From a virus, in the IMG/VR virus record IMGVR_UViG_3300028840_002623, positions 5,881 through 69,880 of that record: DNA of 64,000 nucleotides; one strand, 5' to 3'. Every line of letters begins with the position of its first letter. The first letter of the stretch is position 1. The notes under the pieces are model-generated. The model saw only the letters and a program-made list of their open reading frames with translations. It searched no databases and was not told where the DNA came from. The position numbers and the translations under genes were made by a program. Of the stretch, positions 1-9,719 are shown piece after piece.

Positions 1-2
1 TG

Positions 3-155
3 GAAGCCCTGATTGATGATGCGAATAATGCATATGCGGAACAGGGTGGAAAAGACAACCACAAAGAAGCGGCATTCATTGTCCACCGGGTTGTTGACAT
101 CCTTGAGGATTTCGGAGTGCTGGAACGTAATGAGGATAAAATTAAAATCTCATAA
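3..155 (+). CDS. 3' end of a hypothetical gene truncated by the window edge
   Basis: Open frame EALIDDANNAY...KIKIS* ends in TAA 153-155, overlapping the next ATG (TAATG). Confidence 0.6.
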   Translation, partial: EALIDDANNAYAEQGGKDNHKEAAFIVHRVVDILEDFGVLERNEDKIKIS

Positions 156-1225
156 TGAAGCGTTATAAATCTGCAGTGGGCATTAGGGGTGATTGTCTCT
201 ATTGCCCACTGCCACTTTCTATAGATGGCTATTGGAATTGCGAACCCAATTGCCATCATTGTCCATTTCGGAGATTGAACCGGACATGGGGACAGGATTT
301 GAGACCTGCTGACCCGGATGCCATTGCCCGGAAGTTAGAAAATGGACTGAAGAATAACAACCCCAAATCCGGGCTTGCTTATGCCTTGAAATTAAAAAAG
401 ACAATTCGGATTGGAAGCCGTACTGACCCCTTCCAACCTGCAGAAATAAAACACGGAGTGGTAAAGGAAATAATCAGGACACTTATCAAGTTGGAATGGA
501 CCTTTGTAATCCAAACCCGGTTTTTGCATAACCTGATTGAATACAAACCGCTGTTAGAGAAAGCCCGGAAGAAAAACCTCATAACAATCCTGCCTATAAT
601 TTCCCCCGGCTTGGATTGGGATTTCTCCTTGCTGGAAAGAAAAACGACAACACCCATATCTGACCGGGGGAAAATCATCAAACAGTTATTGAAAAGAGAT
701 TTCCCGTTGGGGGTGAATGGAGAGCCATTCATACCCGGACACCATACAACGGAGATGTTCGCTGAAACAATAGATTGGTTGAAGAATATCGGAGTCAAGA
801 GTTACAACACCTACAACCTACACTTCAATGACGATGTCGCAAAGAAGATGCACGCCATTGGTTGCGATATAGAAAAGATTTGGGAAATGAATCAAGACCA
901 TCAATGGAGAATAATTCATCAACAACTTTGCCAGATTGCTCTTGAGAAGGGGATGAGGCTTGGTTGCCCGGATTTCGTCAATACGGGCTGGGGATGGAAA
1001 GAGAAAGCGAACACCTGTTGCGGAATAAATGTGCCCAACCCTTCCCGGTTCAACGCTCATAATTGGAAACACCTCATACAAAAAGGCTTGAGCCCGAAAG
1101 AAGCATATCAAAAAACTTGGGAAGGAATTGGCGACAGGGAGACAGCTCAAAAAATTCTCAGAGGTAACAAATGTGAATTCTATACCATAAAGGATATTGC
1201 AAATGAAAATCAAAGCCAAGAATAA
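155..1225 (+). CDS. Radical SAM protein (SPL-like), paralog 1
   Basis: CxxxCxxC (CEPNCHHC), RIGSRTDPFQP, extra Cys in GDCLYCP and NTCCG. Confidence 0.85.
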   Translation: MKRYKSAVGIRGDCLYCPLPLSIDGYWNCEPNCHHCPFRRLNRTWGQDLRPADPDAIARKLENGLKNNNPKSGLAYALKLKKTIRIGSRTDPFQPAEIKHGVVKEIIRTLIKLEWTFVIQTRFLHNLIEYKPLLEKARKKNLITILPIISPGLDWDFSLLERKTTTPISDRGKIIKQLLKRDFPLGVNGEPFIPGHHTTEMFAETIDWLKNIGVKSYNTYNLHFNDDVAKKMHAIGCDIEKIWEMNQDHQWRIIHQQLCQIALEKGMRLGCPDFVNTGWGWKEKANTCCGINVPNPSRFNAHNWKHLIQKGLSPKEAYQKTWEGIGDRETAQKILRGNKCEFYTIKDIANENQSQE

Positions 1226-1880
1226 CCGATTCAGTTTGGAACTAAAAATTCCAAGGAGTTGTGAGGCGACATATCCAAGTCTCAGAAAGTTAAAAAGAGG
1301 AAACACCCAAGAGTCAGAAGACAAGTTGAACGGGGTTTGGACCTTGTTAAAAGGATGTCAGGTGAAGGGAAAGCGATATCACGAACCTTTTGGGGGTATA
1401 GGTTTGAGTGCGCAGGTGGCTAATTCACTCAGTATGAGCGTTTCAGTCAATGAGTTGGACTCCGGGTTGTATTCTTTCCTCTGTGAGCAATACGATGAAG
1501 TAACAAATGAGGATGCGGACAAACTAATAATGGACCGGGTGCCATTCCGGTTTTTTGACCGCAACCATTTTACCTTCAACCATATTGGTCCGGCTTTCAA
1601 TGAAGCCCTTATCAAAACGACCAAGGTGCTCTTGTACACCGATGTGTTCCCATTTTCGCTGAAGCCATTTGATATGCTGAAACTAAAATTGTACTTGAAA
1701 AGATGTAAAGCCCGAATGGAAAAGGAAGGTTGGTATATACAAAAAGTTTTTCTGTATCGCAACCGCCACGTGATGATAGTAAAGATGACAAAAAATAAAA
1801 GTAAAAAACAGATAATAAAAGTAGAAACAGAACCGACAGACCCATTTGAAATGACAATTGATATAGGATTGTTCGGATGA
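1197..1880 (+). CDS. Putative SAM-dependent DNA methyltransferase-fold protein (Dam/D12-like, divergent)
   Basis: Motif I-like YHEPFGGIG and motif II-like VNELD; catalytic DPPY not canonical (FFDRNHF). Confidence 0.5.
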   Translation: MQMKIKAKNNRFSLELKIPRSCEATYPSLRKLKRGNTQESEDKLNGVWTLLKGCQVKGKRYHEPFGGIGLSAQVANSLSMSVSVNELDSGLYSFLCEQYDEVTNEDADKLIMDRVPFRFFDRNHFTFNHIGPAFNEALIKTTKVLLYTDVFPFSLKPFDMLKLKLYLKRCKARMEKEGWYIQKVFLYRNRHVMIVKMTKNKSKKQIIKVETEPTDPFEMTIDIGLFG

Positions 1881-3298
1881 ACTATTATGAACTCAGGGAT
1901 TTGATAACGGAAAAACTTGCTTACAGTTTTATGCCCAACAGACTGTACAAGGAAAAACGCCACCAGAGAGCGGTGGAAGAAAAAGGAAGAAAAACCGATT
2001 ATATGGAATACAAGTTGGACAGCCCCGGTGTGGCTGTTCCGCAGGAGCGGTTATTGAACACAGAGGAAATCAATTCATTTGTAGAGGTAAGTTGCCGTGC
2101 TGCAGCGTGCCCTATGCCGCTCAATATTGATACGTGGGATGGGTTGCTTTGCCCGTTCAATTGTTTGTATTGTTTTGCAAACGCTTTTCGGGCATCTCTA
2201 TACACCGCATTTTTTGATAACAGTAAAACAATGGGCTTCAGGCATTGCAATCCTTCCATGTACAAAAGGGAATTGGAAAAACTCTTCAAACTCCGGGGAA
2301 CAAATCCGCACGATGTCAAAGGAGATGTCGCCAAGGCTATTGCTTTGGAAATTCCTCTCAGGTTTGGAATCCGGTTTGAAGATTTTCTTGAAGAGGAAGG
2401 CAACGAAAAAATAGCGTTGGAACTGCTTCAGTATCTTTCTGAAGTAGAATACCCCACGATGATAAATTCAAAGTCAGCACTCTTGGGAAGGGATGACTAT
2501 TTGCGAGCACTGTCGGACAACCCGGCTGGAACGGCAGTTCACGTCACACTAATCTCCTCAAACAATGATGTACTACAATTATTGGAGCCGGGTGCACCTT
2601 CATATGAAGAAAGGCTTGAGGCAATTCGCAGTATGTCCCAAGCCGGAATCAAAGTTGTTGCCCGCATTGAACCATTCCTTCCCTTCATTTGCGACCAAAA
2701 GGATTATGTCCACCAATATATGTTAGAGGTTTGGGCTGCAGGTGTCCGCAGTATAACGTTTGACACCTACAGTTACACCGCTAAAAATCAAGGCATTCGC
2801 CAATCATTTATCAACAATGGATATGACTGGGATAGAATATTCCACATTGGATGCGAGAGTCAGGGCTTTGGTTCTATACTCTTGGGCAAGTTTATGGAGA
2901 TGTTCCGGGATTTTGGATTCAAGTGTTCCTCTTTTGATATGGGGAATGTCCCGGATAATGATGACGTCATTTGTTGTGAGGTTGGTGATGTGTTCAAAGA
3001 TTATGGCTTCAATTACGGCTGTACAGTTTATGCCGCACGAATGATTGCGAACCGGGGAAAGAAAGGCAAGACAACCTCTTGGAAGCATTTCAAAAAATGG
3101 GTTGACAAAAAAGGTGGCTTTCTTTCCAAGGCTCTTGAGAGTGAAGTACATATGCTTTGGAACTGTCGAGGGAATGACGCATATTCCCATTATTGGGCAA
3201 AAGGATTACAGCCAATGGGCTATGATGAATATGGAATTGTATGGGGGTCAAATCTTGAATATGATTTTAGGAAGGATTTATTGGAATGTCTAAAATAA
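1877..3298 (+). CDS. Radical SAM protein (SPL-like), paralog 2
   Basis: CPFNCLYC, VARIEPFLP, CPMPLNID and VICCE mirror paralog 1. Confidence 0.85.
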   Translation: MNYYELRDLITEKLAYSFMPNRLYKEKRHQRAVEEKGRKTDYMEYKLDSPGVAVPQERLLNTEEINSFVEVSCRAAACPMPLNIDTWDGLLCPFNCLYCFANAFRASLYTAFFDNSKTMGFRHCNPSMYKRELEKLFKLRGTNPHDVKGDVAKAIALEIPLRFGIRFEDFLEEEGNEKIALELLQYLSEVEYPTMINSKSALLGRDDYLRALSDNPAGTAVHVTLISSNNDVLQLLEPGAPSYEERLEAIRSMSQAGIKVVARIEPFLPFICDQKDYVHQYMLEVWAAGVRSITFDTYSYTAKNQGIRQSFINNGYDWDRIFHIGCESQGFGSILLGKFMEMFRDFGFKCSSFDMGNVPDNDDVICCEVGDVFKDYGFNYGCTVYAARMIANRGKKGKTTSWKHFKKWVDKKGGFLSKALESEVHMLWNCRGNDAYSHYWAKGLQPMGYDEYGIVWGSNLEYDFRKDLLECLK

Positions 3299-4089
3299 AT
3301 GACCGTATTGAAGCGATTTTCTCTCACGCAGTAGCACTACAGCAGGATGGGAGATTCAGGAACACTGTTCATTGTTCCGGGAAAATGATTCACATTATGA
3401 ATCAAGACGTGACTGTGATACTCCGGTTCCCAATAAGACAATACGAAACAGAGTTCAAACAACCAGTCAGTTTTTACGCCAACGACTATGACAGCAAACA
3501 GTTTGAAGAGCGTGACGGGAGAATTTGTTTCATCCAAGGGAATGAGGATTATGAACGCACCAAGAGTTGTAAAGTGCCCTCAACTCAAAACAAGAACCCG
3601 GAGAAAATCTGGAAGGGCATCAAGATGGAAAAAGATATCAATTGTGTTCAAATAAAATCATCCATCCTCAGCCTTCTTGAAGATGACCTGTCACATATTG
3701 AATTCAGTTGTACCGGGGGAAAGTTAAAAGTGGTTCAGCGGAATATCTTTTCAGGAGCGTTGATTGAGATAGAAAAGAAAGCCGCAAAAGGATTGCTTGC
3801 TGAGAAGGATTCAACCGGAGATTTCCCGGTGCTGGCGATGAGGACAAATGACTTTACAGCGTTGTTCTCTTTCGTGGATACAATCAAATTTTATTTCTCT
3901 GGTAATGGTTATATTTATTTCCAGAGCATTTCCAAAAAACTTAAAATGGATGGCATTGTCAGTCAATGTGTCTATGAAGAAATGAAAGGACAAGACGATG
4001 GGAGGAAAAAGCAGAAAGTCAGGAGGGGTGTCAAAGGCTCTGATAAACCGAATAAAGGGAAAAGGAAAATCAAAAGGAAAAAAGGATGA
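3286..4089 (+). CDS. Hypothetical protein, possibly sliding-clamp-like fold
   Basis: 267-aa ORF coupled to neighbours; helix/strand pattern loosely clamp-like; basic C-terminus. Confidence 0.45.
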   Translation: MSKINDRIEAIFSHAVALQQDGRFRNTVHCSGKMIHIMNQDVTVILRFPIRQYETEFKQPVSFYANDYDSKQFEERDGRICFIQGNEDYERTKSCKVPSTQNKNPEKIWKGIKMEKDINCVQIKSSILSLLEDDLSHIEFSCTGGKLKVVQRNIFSGALIEIEKKAAKGLLAEKDSTGDFPVLAMRTNDFTALFSFVDTIKFYFSGNGYIYFQSISKKLKMDGIVSQCVYEEMKGQDDGRKKQKVRRGVKGSDKPNKGKRKIKRKKG

Positions 4090-4841
4090 TAGCACTGTTG
4101 AACCCCGCAACCTATTTTCTGACACTGGTCCAACAAAGCGGAAAAAACCCAAACTTTTGGATGAGTGAAGAATATATTGAGTTGGCGCAATTGCGTTGGC
4201 TCAATTGTAACGGAATGTTACAAGGATTCAAAGATGAATTTGACAATTGGTTCTTTCCGTATTACAGTACATCTTCCAAACAATTTTATTCCTTCAACAA
4301 CGTGACCGGATTTCAGAATGAAGAGGTTGGTGAGTTTTGGGATTATGAATTCATCTATGACCCAAAAAACTTTTTGGACTTGTCCGGGGGAAAATGGAAA
4401 GTGTTCCGAAAGAATATCAGGAAGCACCAAGACAAGTCTTGGGAATATCGGAAATTGGAAGACAGCGATGTTGCTGATGCTGGTGCCTTGTTGTTAGATT
4501 GGTCTTGTGGTAAAACTTTATTTGACCCTGAAACCTTTGCCACATTCGTATTGTTCGGGGAAAATCGGTTTGGTTTATTCTTGGATGGAGAATTGAAAGG
4601 GGTGAACATAGCCGATACAAATTGGAAATACATCAACTACCGGATTTGTTTTGATTCCGGGGAATTGTACTTGAATGAATTTCTGCGTTGGAAATTTTAT
4701 ACATCTGAATGGGTTCAAGAGCAAAACAAACTTGTTAATGACGGTGGAAGTTTGGGCTCAGAAGGATTGTACAGGTTCAAGAAGAAATTAAACCCAGTTG
4801 ACATAAAAGGAATTTTTACAGGAGTTGGAAATGAAAGTTAA
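4086..4841 (+). CDS. DUF2156 / MprF C-terminal-like aminoacyl-tRNA-dependent transferase (GNAT fold)
   Basis: EFIYDPKNFLDLSGGKWKVFRKNI and NDGGSLGSEGLYRFKKKLNP fit DUF2156 consensus segments; no TM domain. Confidence 0.7.
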   Translation: MIALLNPATYFLTLVQQSGKNPNFWMSEEYIELAQLRWLNCNGMLQGFKDEFDNWFFPYYSTSSKQFYSFNNVTGFQNEEVGEFWDYEFIYDPKNFLDLSGGKWKVFRKNIRKHQDKSWEYRKLEDSDVADAGALLLDWSCGKTLFDPETFATFVLFGENRFGLFLDGELKGVNIADTNWKYINYRICFDSGELYLNEFLRWKFYTSEWVQEQNKLVNDGGSLGSEGLYRFKKKLNPVDIKGIFTGVGNES

Positions 4842-5832
4842 CAGACAGGATTTTTTAAAGGTACTGAACACTGTTATTTGCGGAGCACACCGACAGGAAG
4901 TATTGGAGCAATCCAACTGCTTCATTTTCCGGGAAGGGTTGGTGACATCCTTCAATGGTGAAATACTTGCCACCGCTGTACTGAAAGAGTCACCCGGAGA
5001 ATTTGCTGTCCCGGCTCACGACCTTATCAACCTGATTGCGAAATTTCCTGACGATGAAATAGAGTTAACAATCAAGGGGAATGAGTTGATGGTTGCAGGG
5101 AAGAAAAAAAGAGCCGGGCTGACTACCCAAAATGAAATACTCCTGCCCATTGAGGACATACCTGTTCCCAAGAAGTTTGGAAAGATAAAAGAAGGGGTGA
5201 TGGAAGCACTCTCAATGGCGGCAAAGGTTTGTTCATCGTCCAATGAGGATTATAGAGTGAGCCATGTACAGATTGCCCCGGACAAAATCCAAGCCACCGA
5301 CAAACTCAGATTTCTCCGGGTTACAATTGACACCGGGCTCAAAAAGATTCTTGTTCCTGCTGGACCGATAAATGCCGTGTCTGGTATCAATATCACTTCT
5401 GTTTCGCTTACAAAGGGATGGTTGTGGATTGGTAACAAGGAAGTCAAGTTGGGCATCTGTTGCACTGAAGAAGAATATTATGAGGATGCTCTTATTGACG
5501 GTGTAATAGATATGGACAAACCGAACATTGTACAACTCCCGGAAGAAATGGAAAAGGTTTTGGACCGGGCTTTGATTATGGCCAAGGATGATTGTACCCG
5601 GATGTCAAAAATAAAACTGTCAAAGAAATCCATTACAGTACGCACCCAAAAGGAATCCGGGTGGTATGAAGAGCGTCAACCCGTCAAGTACAAGGGGGAT
5701 GATATGGAATTGATGGTTGGGCTTTCGCTCTTCAAGGATTTGCTCAACAAGACAAATAAAGCGTATGTGTCGCAGGAAAAGATGAAGATGAAAAAAGACA
5801 ATGTTGAATTTCTTGTTTGTCTGGGAGAATAA
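4825..5832 (+). CDS. dnaN: DNA polymerase sliding clamp (beta subunit-like)
   Basis: 335 aa; MKVNRQDFLKVL start and IQATDKLR (beta-clamp ATDxxR); next to polymerase genes. Confidence 0.8.
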   Translation: MEMKVNRQDFLKVLNTVICGAHRQEVLEQSNCFIFREGLVTSFNGEILATAVLKESPGEFAVPAHDLINLIAKFPDDEIELTIKGNELMVAGKKKRAGLTTQNEILLPIEDIPVPKKFGKIKEGVMEALSMAAKVCSSSNEDYRVSHVQIAPDKIQATDKLRFLRVTIDTGLKKILVPAGPINAVSGINITSVSLTKGWLWIGNKEVKLGICCTEEEYYEDALIDGVIDMDKPNIVQLPEEMEKVLDRALIMAKDDCTRMSKIKLSKKSITVRTQKESGWYEERQPVKYKGDDMELMVGLSLFKDLLNKTNKAYVSQEKMKMKKDNVEFLVCLGE

Positions 5833-7019
5833 AAGTGCCGGGATTTTTTAAGGGTCAGACTACCAAAACCAAAACCCCGAAATTGCCTCAATGCGGTAAA
5901 TGTGGACTGTATAAGGATTGTATCAGTCCCAAGATGGAAGTCACGGGGGCTGGGAACCGCAAAGTGTTGTTTGTCGCTGAAGCCCCCGGTGAAGAGGAAG
6001 ACAGACAAGGAACGCAGTTGATTGGTCCGGCAGGGCAGTTGCTCCGGGATGCGTTGGAAGACATTGATGTTGAGATTGACGACTGTTACACGACCAATTC
6101 GGTTATTTGTCGTCCACATTCAAAAGTAGAACCATACATGATATCCTGTTGCAGACCAAATTTGCTCAAATCTATTTCACGTATAAAGCCGAATGTCATT
6201 GTGGTGATGGGCAAGAGTGCCTTGGAATCATTGATGTTCAAGGAGTGGAAAAGAGATTTGGGAACCATAAACCGATGGGTGGGTTGGACAATTCCTTCCG
6301 GGCAGTACAACGCTTGGCTGTGTCCAACTTTCCATCCTTCATACATTTTACGAATGAATGAAGACCAACAGTTGGTCAGGATTTTTAAAGAACACCTCAA
6401 ACGGGCTTTTCAATATGAACGGAAAAAAGTCACCAGCCATTCACTTGAGTCACTGAAAAGCAAAGTGGAAATTATTACAGACACCCGGAAGGGTGGTGAA
6501 CGAATGAAAGGGTTGCTCAAGAAGAAAGGGGTGTTGGCTTTTGATTATGAAACAACCGGGTTGAAGCCGGATACACCTGAACATAAAATTGTGTCTTGTT
6601 CTTTTTGCTTGAATGGAAAAGATACGTTTGCCACGATGATTGACGAAAGCAATATGAAAATGCTTTCCCGAATACTCCAGACACCCACGCTCAAAAAAGT
6701 TGCCTCCAATATTAAGTTTGAGGAACGCTGGTCACGTGCAATGTTTGGACACGGAGTGAGGGGGTGGGTATGGGATACCATGCTTGCCGCCCACTGTCTT
6801 GATAACAGGTCCAAAATAACTTCTATCAAATTCCAATCCTATGTACACTTGGGCATTCCAAGTTATGATTCAACCATTTACCCGTACCTGAAAAGCGGAA
6901 GTTCAAACGGCATTAATAGAATAGAACAAGCTGACAAGCACGAACTGCTAATGTATAATGGGTTGGACAGTCTGTTGGAATACCTTGTAGCGAAAAAGCA
7001 AAGGAAACAATTCAAATGA
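5817..7019 (+). CDS. Family-4 uracil-DNA glycosylase fused to PolA 3'-5' exonuclease (N-terminal part of split DNA polymerase)
   Basis: CGKC, VAEAPGEEED, NSVICRP, FHPSY (UDG4); FDYETTG, NIKFE, YNGLD (Exo I-III). Confidence 0.88.
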   Translation: MSGRIKVPGFFKGQTTKTKTPKLPQCGKCGLYKDCISPKMEVTGAGNRKVLFVAEAPGEEEDRQGTQLIGPAGQLLRDALEDIDVEIDDCYTTNSVICRPHSKVEPYMISCCRPNLLKSISRIKPNVIVVMGKSALESLMFKEWKRDLGTINRWVGWTIPSGQYNAWLCPTFHPSYILRMNEDQQLVRIFKEHLKRAFQYERKKVTSHSLESLKSKVEIITDTRKGGERMKGLLKKKGVLAFDYETTGLKPDTPEHKIVSCSFCLNGKDTFATMIDESNMKMLSRILQTPTLKKVASNIKFEERWSRAMFGHGVRGWVWDTMLAAHCLDNRSKITSIKFQSYVHLGIPSYDSTIYPYLKSGSSNGINRIEQADKHELLMYNGLDSLLEYLVAKKQRKQFK

Positions 7020-8407
7020 TACCATATAAAATGAAAGCGTATAAATTGCTTCATAACGGAGCAATTACACTTGCTGAAATTGAAGGCAACGGAATCAAAA
7101 TTGACTCCGGGTATTTGAAGAAAGCCCGTGGCCAAACGGAAAAGAAAATCAAACAGTTACAATCCGAATTGGAAAGTGGAGATGTCTCAAAGGTATGGAA
7201 GAAAGTTTTCAAGAGCAAAACCAACTTCAACTCCAACGACCAATTGGGAAAGGTACTGTTTGAGGAATTGGAGTTGACACCCCCGGCTCTAACACCAACC
7301 GGGAAATATAAAACTGATGAGAAATCTCTCATGACGGTTGAACATCCTTTTGTTGAGGCATATTTGCGTATTAAAAAACTCCAAAAGGCTCTGACAACAT
7401 ACCTCAAAGGAATTGAGAAGGAAGTTGTTGATGGGTTCCTGCATCCGTTTTTCAATCTGAATATTACCAAGACATTCCGCTCATCTTCTGACTCACCTAA
7501 TTTCCAGAACATCCCGGTGCGTGACAAGGAGTTGGGTGAACTAATTCGGAAAGCCTTCATTGCCCGGAAAGGGAACCACCTTGTTGAAATAGATTATTCG
7601 GGAATTGAGGTTTGCGTTGCCGCCTGTTACCACCACGACCCAAGAATGATTGAGTACATCAGTGACCCGGAAAAAGATATGCACCGGGATATGGCAGTGG
7701 AGTGTTACAAACTCAGACCAAACCAAGTGACAAAGGACATTCGCTTTTATGGTAAGAACTGCTTTGTGTTCCCTCAATTTTACGGAAGTGCGTATGTAGA
7801 CTGCGCCAAGAACCTTTGGGAAGCAATCGGCACTGCCAAACTCAAGACAGAAGGGGGAACACCGCTCAAACGTCATCTGAGGAAAAAAGGAATCAAAGAG
7901 TTGGGTGATTGTGATTGGGAAGAAAAGCCCCGGATTGGAACCTTTGAACGACACATTCAGCAGGTTGAGAAAAACTTTTGGGAAGAAAGATTCAAGGTGT
8001 ATGCCAATTGGAAAAAGAAATGGTACTATGAATACATTGACCGGGGCTGGATGCTGACCAAGACAGGATTTATTTGCCAAGGCTATATGAAGCGGAATGA
8101 AATAATAAATTACCCAGTGCAAGGCTCTGCGTTCCATTGCTTGCTCTGGTCCTTGATACGGCTCAACAAGGAGTTGAAAAAGAGAAAAATGAAAACACTT
8201 CTTGTGGGACAGATTCACGACTCAATATTGGCTGATGTTCCTGAAGAGGAATTGGATGAGTTTTTAATTCTGGCCAACAATGTAATGACAAAGCAACTGA
8301 TGAAGAGTTGGAAGTGGATAAATGTGCCGCTGGAAGTTGAAGCGGAAGTTTGCCCAATTGGAGGCAGTTGGTTTGATAAAAAGGAAATGGAGATACCAAA
8401 TGAATAG
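7016..8407 (+). CDS. polA: Family A DNA polymerase, polymerase domain
   Basis: SSDSPNFQNIP, motif A DYSGIE, motif B R..K..FYG, NYPVQG, motif C QIHDS. Confidence 0.95.
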   Translation: MIPYKMKAYKLLHNGAITLAEIEGNGIKIDSGYLKKARGQTEKKIKQLQSELESGDVSKVWKKVFKSKTNFNSNDQLGKVLFEELELTPPALTPTGKYKTDEKSLMTVEHPFVEAYLRIKKLQKALTTYLKGIEKEVVDGFLHPFFNLNITKTFRSSSDSPNFQNIPVRDKELGELIRKAFIARKGNHLVEIDYSGIEVCVAACYHHDPRMIEYISDPEKDMHRDMAVECYKLRPNQVTKDIRFYGKNCFVFPQFYGSAYVDCAKNLWEAIGTAKLKTEGGTPLKRHLRKKGIKELGDCDWEEKPRIGTFERHIQQVEKNFWEERFKVYANWKKKWYYEYIDRGWMLTKTGFICQGYMKRNEIINYPVQGSAFHCLLWSLIRLNKELKKRKMKTLLVGQIHDSILADVPEEELDEFLILANNVMTKQLMKSWKWINVPLEVEAEVCPIGGSWFDKKEMEIPNE

Positions 8408-8804
8408 AAAATTGGTTGCCAAGTCAATCTCCGGGGATGATGGGTTTGGGAATAAAATAATTTGCAACCCCCCGGAGTTCAGTGTCATCTTAAAACTCAA
8501 CACCGGGAAAAAACGAACAATTGGAAAGTTGGTCAAGTATTCTGACAAAGTTTATTTCGTTATCAAACGGGACAAGAGCAAACATCTGTTGAGGAAAGCG
8601 AACAGTTGGGGCTTGAATGATTCGGTTGTTCAGGCTCTGTCAGATGACTGTCATATAATCCTGAATGAAAAAGGTGGCTCAACCTATTACATCCCGGTCA
8701 AATCTGTAAAAGAAAATGGCTCATATCTCTGGTTCAAGAATCAGGGATTTGAAAGACAGATATTTGTTGAGTTGAAATATTGGAAAGAGGAATACAATGA
8801 CTGA
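8400..8804 (+). CDS. Hypothetical protein
   Basis: ATG 8400 after GGAG; overlaps flanking genes. Confidence 0.65.
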   Translation: MNRKLVAKSISGDDGFGNKIICNPPEFSVILKLNTGKKRTIGKLVKYSDKVYFVIKRDKSKHLLRKANSWGLNDSVVQALSDDCHIILNEKGGSTYYIPVKSVKENGSYLWFKNQGFERQIFVELKYWKEEYND

Positions 8805-9702
8805 ACTGTATAAAAAATACCGCCCAAAAAGTTTGAAGACTGTTATTGGAAATAAATCAACAATTGCGGCTCTAAAAAATATGCTTGACCGGGGAACATT
8901 GCCCCACACCATCTTGTTCCATGGACCATCGGGTTGCGGCAAGACAACGCTTGCCCGGATTTTAAAAACTGAGCTGGAGTGTAATGATTTAGATTTCGTG
9001 GAGTTGAACTGTTCTGACTTTCGTGGAATTGATACTGTCCGGGAAATAAGAAACACGATGCAGTTGGCTCCGGTTGCCGGGAAATGCAGAGTGTGGCTAA
9101 TGGATGAACTCCATATGATGACTACTGCAGGACAAAATGCGGCATTAAAAATCTTTGAAGACACTCCGGCTCATGTTTACTTTTTCCTGTGTACGACTGA
9201 CCCGCAAAAACTCCTGAAGACAATCCGAACAAGGTGTTGCGAAATGCCCGTGGAATACCTTGGTGAACCGGAGATGAAAAAACTCCTAATGAGAGTATGC
9301 AAGAGGGAAAAGTTGGACATAAACCGGGAATGCGCAGAACAGATATTTGATGTGTCTAACGGCTCAGCAAGGAAATGCCTGGTACTATTGGATAAAATAA
9401 GAAATGTCCCGGAGGCTGAGCGTATTCAAGCGATAACACAAGAGGAAGATGAACGGGAGGGAATAGATTTGTGCCGGGCTTTGATTAAAAGGGAAGGGTG
9501 GACAAAGATTGCAAAAATACTCCGGGAAATAAAAGGTGACCCGGAATCCATACGATGGGCGGTGTTGGGTTATTGTACAGCCATACTCACCAAGAAAGCG
9601 GATGACCACGTGTACCACGTACTGACTTGTTTTGAGAATCACTTTTATGATTCCAAAAAAGCCGGATTGGTTGGTGCTTGCTATGAAGCAATCAACGGCT
9701 AA
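8797..9702 (+). CDS. Clamp loader AAA+ subunit (DnaX/RFC-like)
   Basis: LYKKYRP, Walker A GPSGCGKT, Walker B LMDE, TIRTRC arginine finger. Confidence 0.92.
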   Translation: MTELYKKYRPKSLKTVIGNKSTIAALKNMLDRGTLPHTILFHGPSGCGKTTLARILKTELECNDLDFVELNCSDFRGIDTVREIRNTMQLAPVAGKCRVWLMDELHMMTTAGQNAALKIFEDTPAHVYFFLCTTDPQKLLKTIRTRCCEMPVEYLGEPEMKKLLMRVCKREKLDINRECAEQIFDVSNGSARKCLVLLDKIRNVPEAERIQAITQEEDEREGIDLCRALIKREGWTKIAKILREIKGDPESIRWAVLGYCTAILTKKADDHVYHVLTCFENHFYDSKKAGLVGACYEAING

Positions 9703-9719
9703 AAAAGGATAATAAAGGT

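Noticed and set aside
155-3298. Spore photoproduct lyase function
   Set aside because: Only family-level resemblance; paired paralogs with extra Cys motifs argue against assigning that activity
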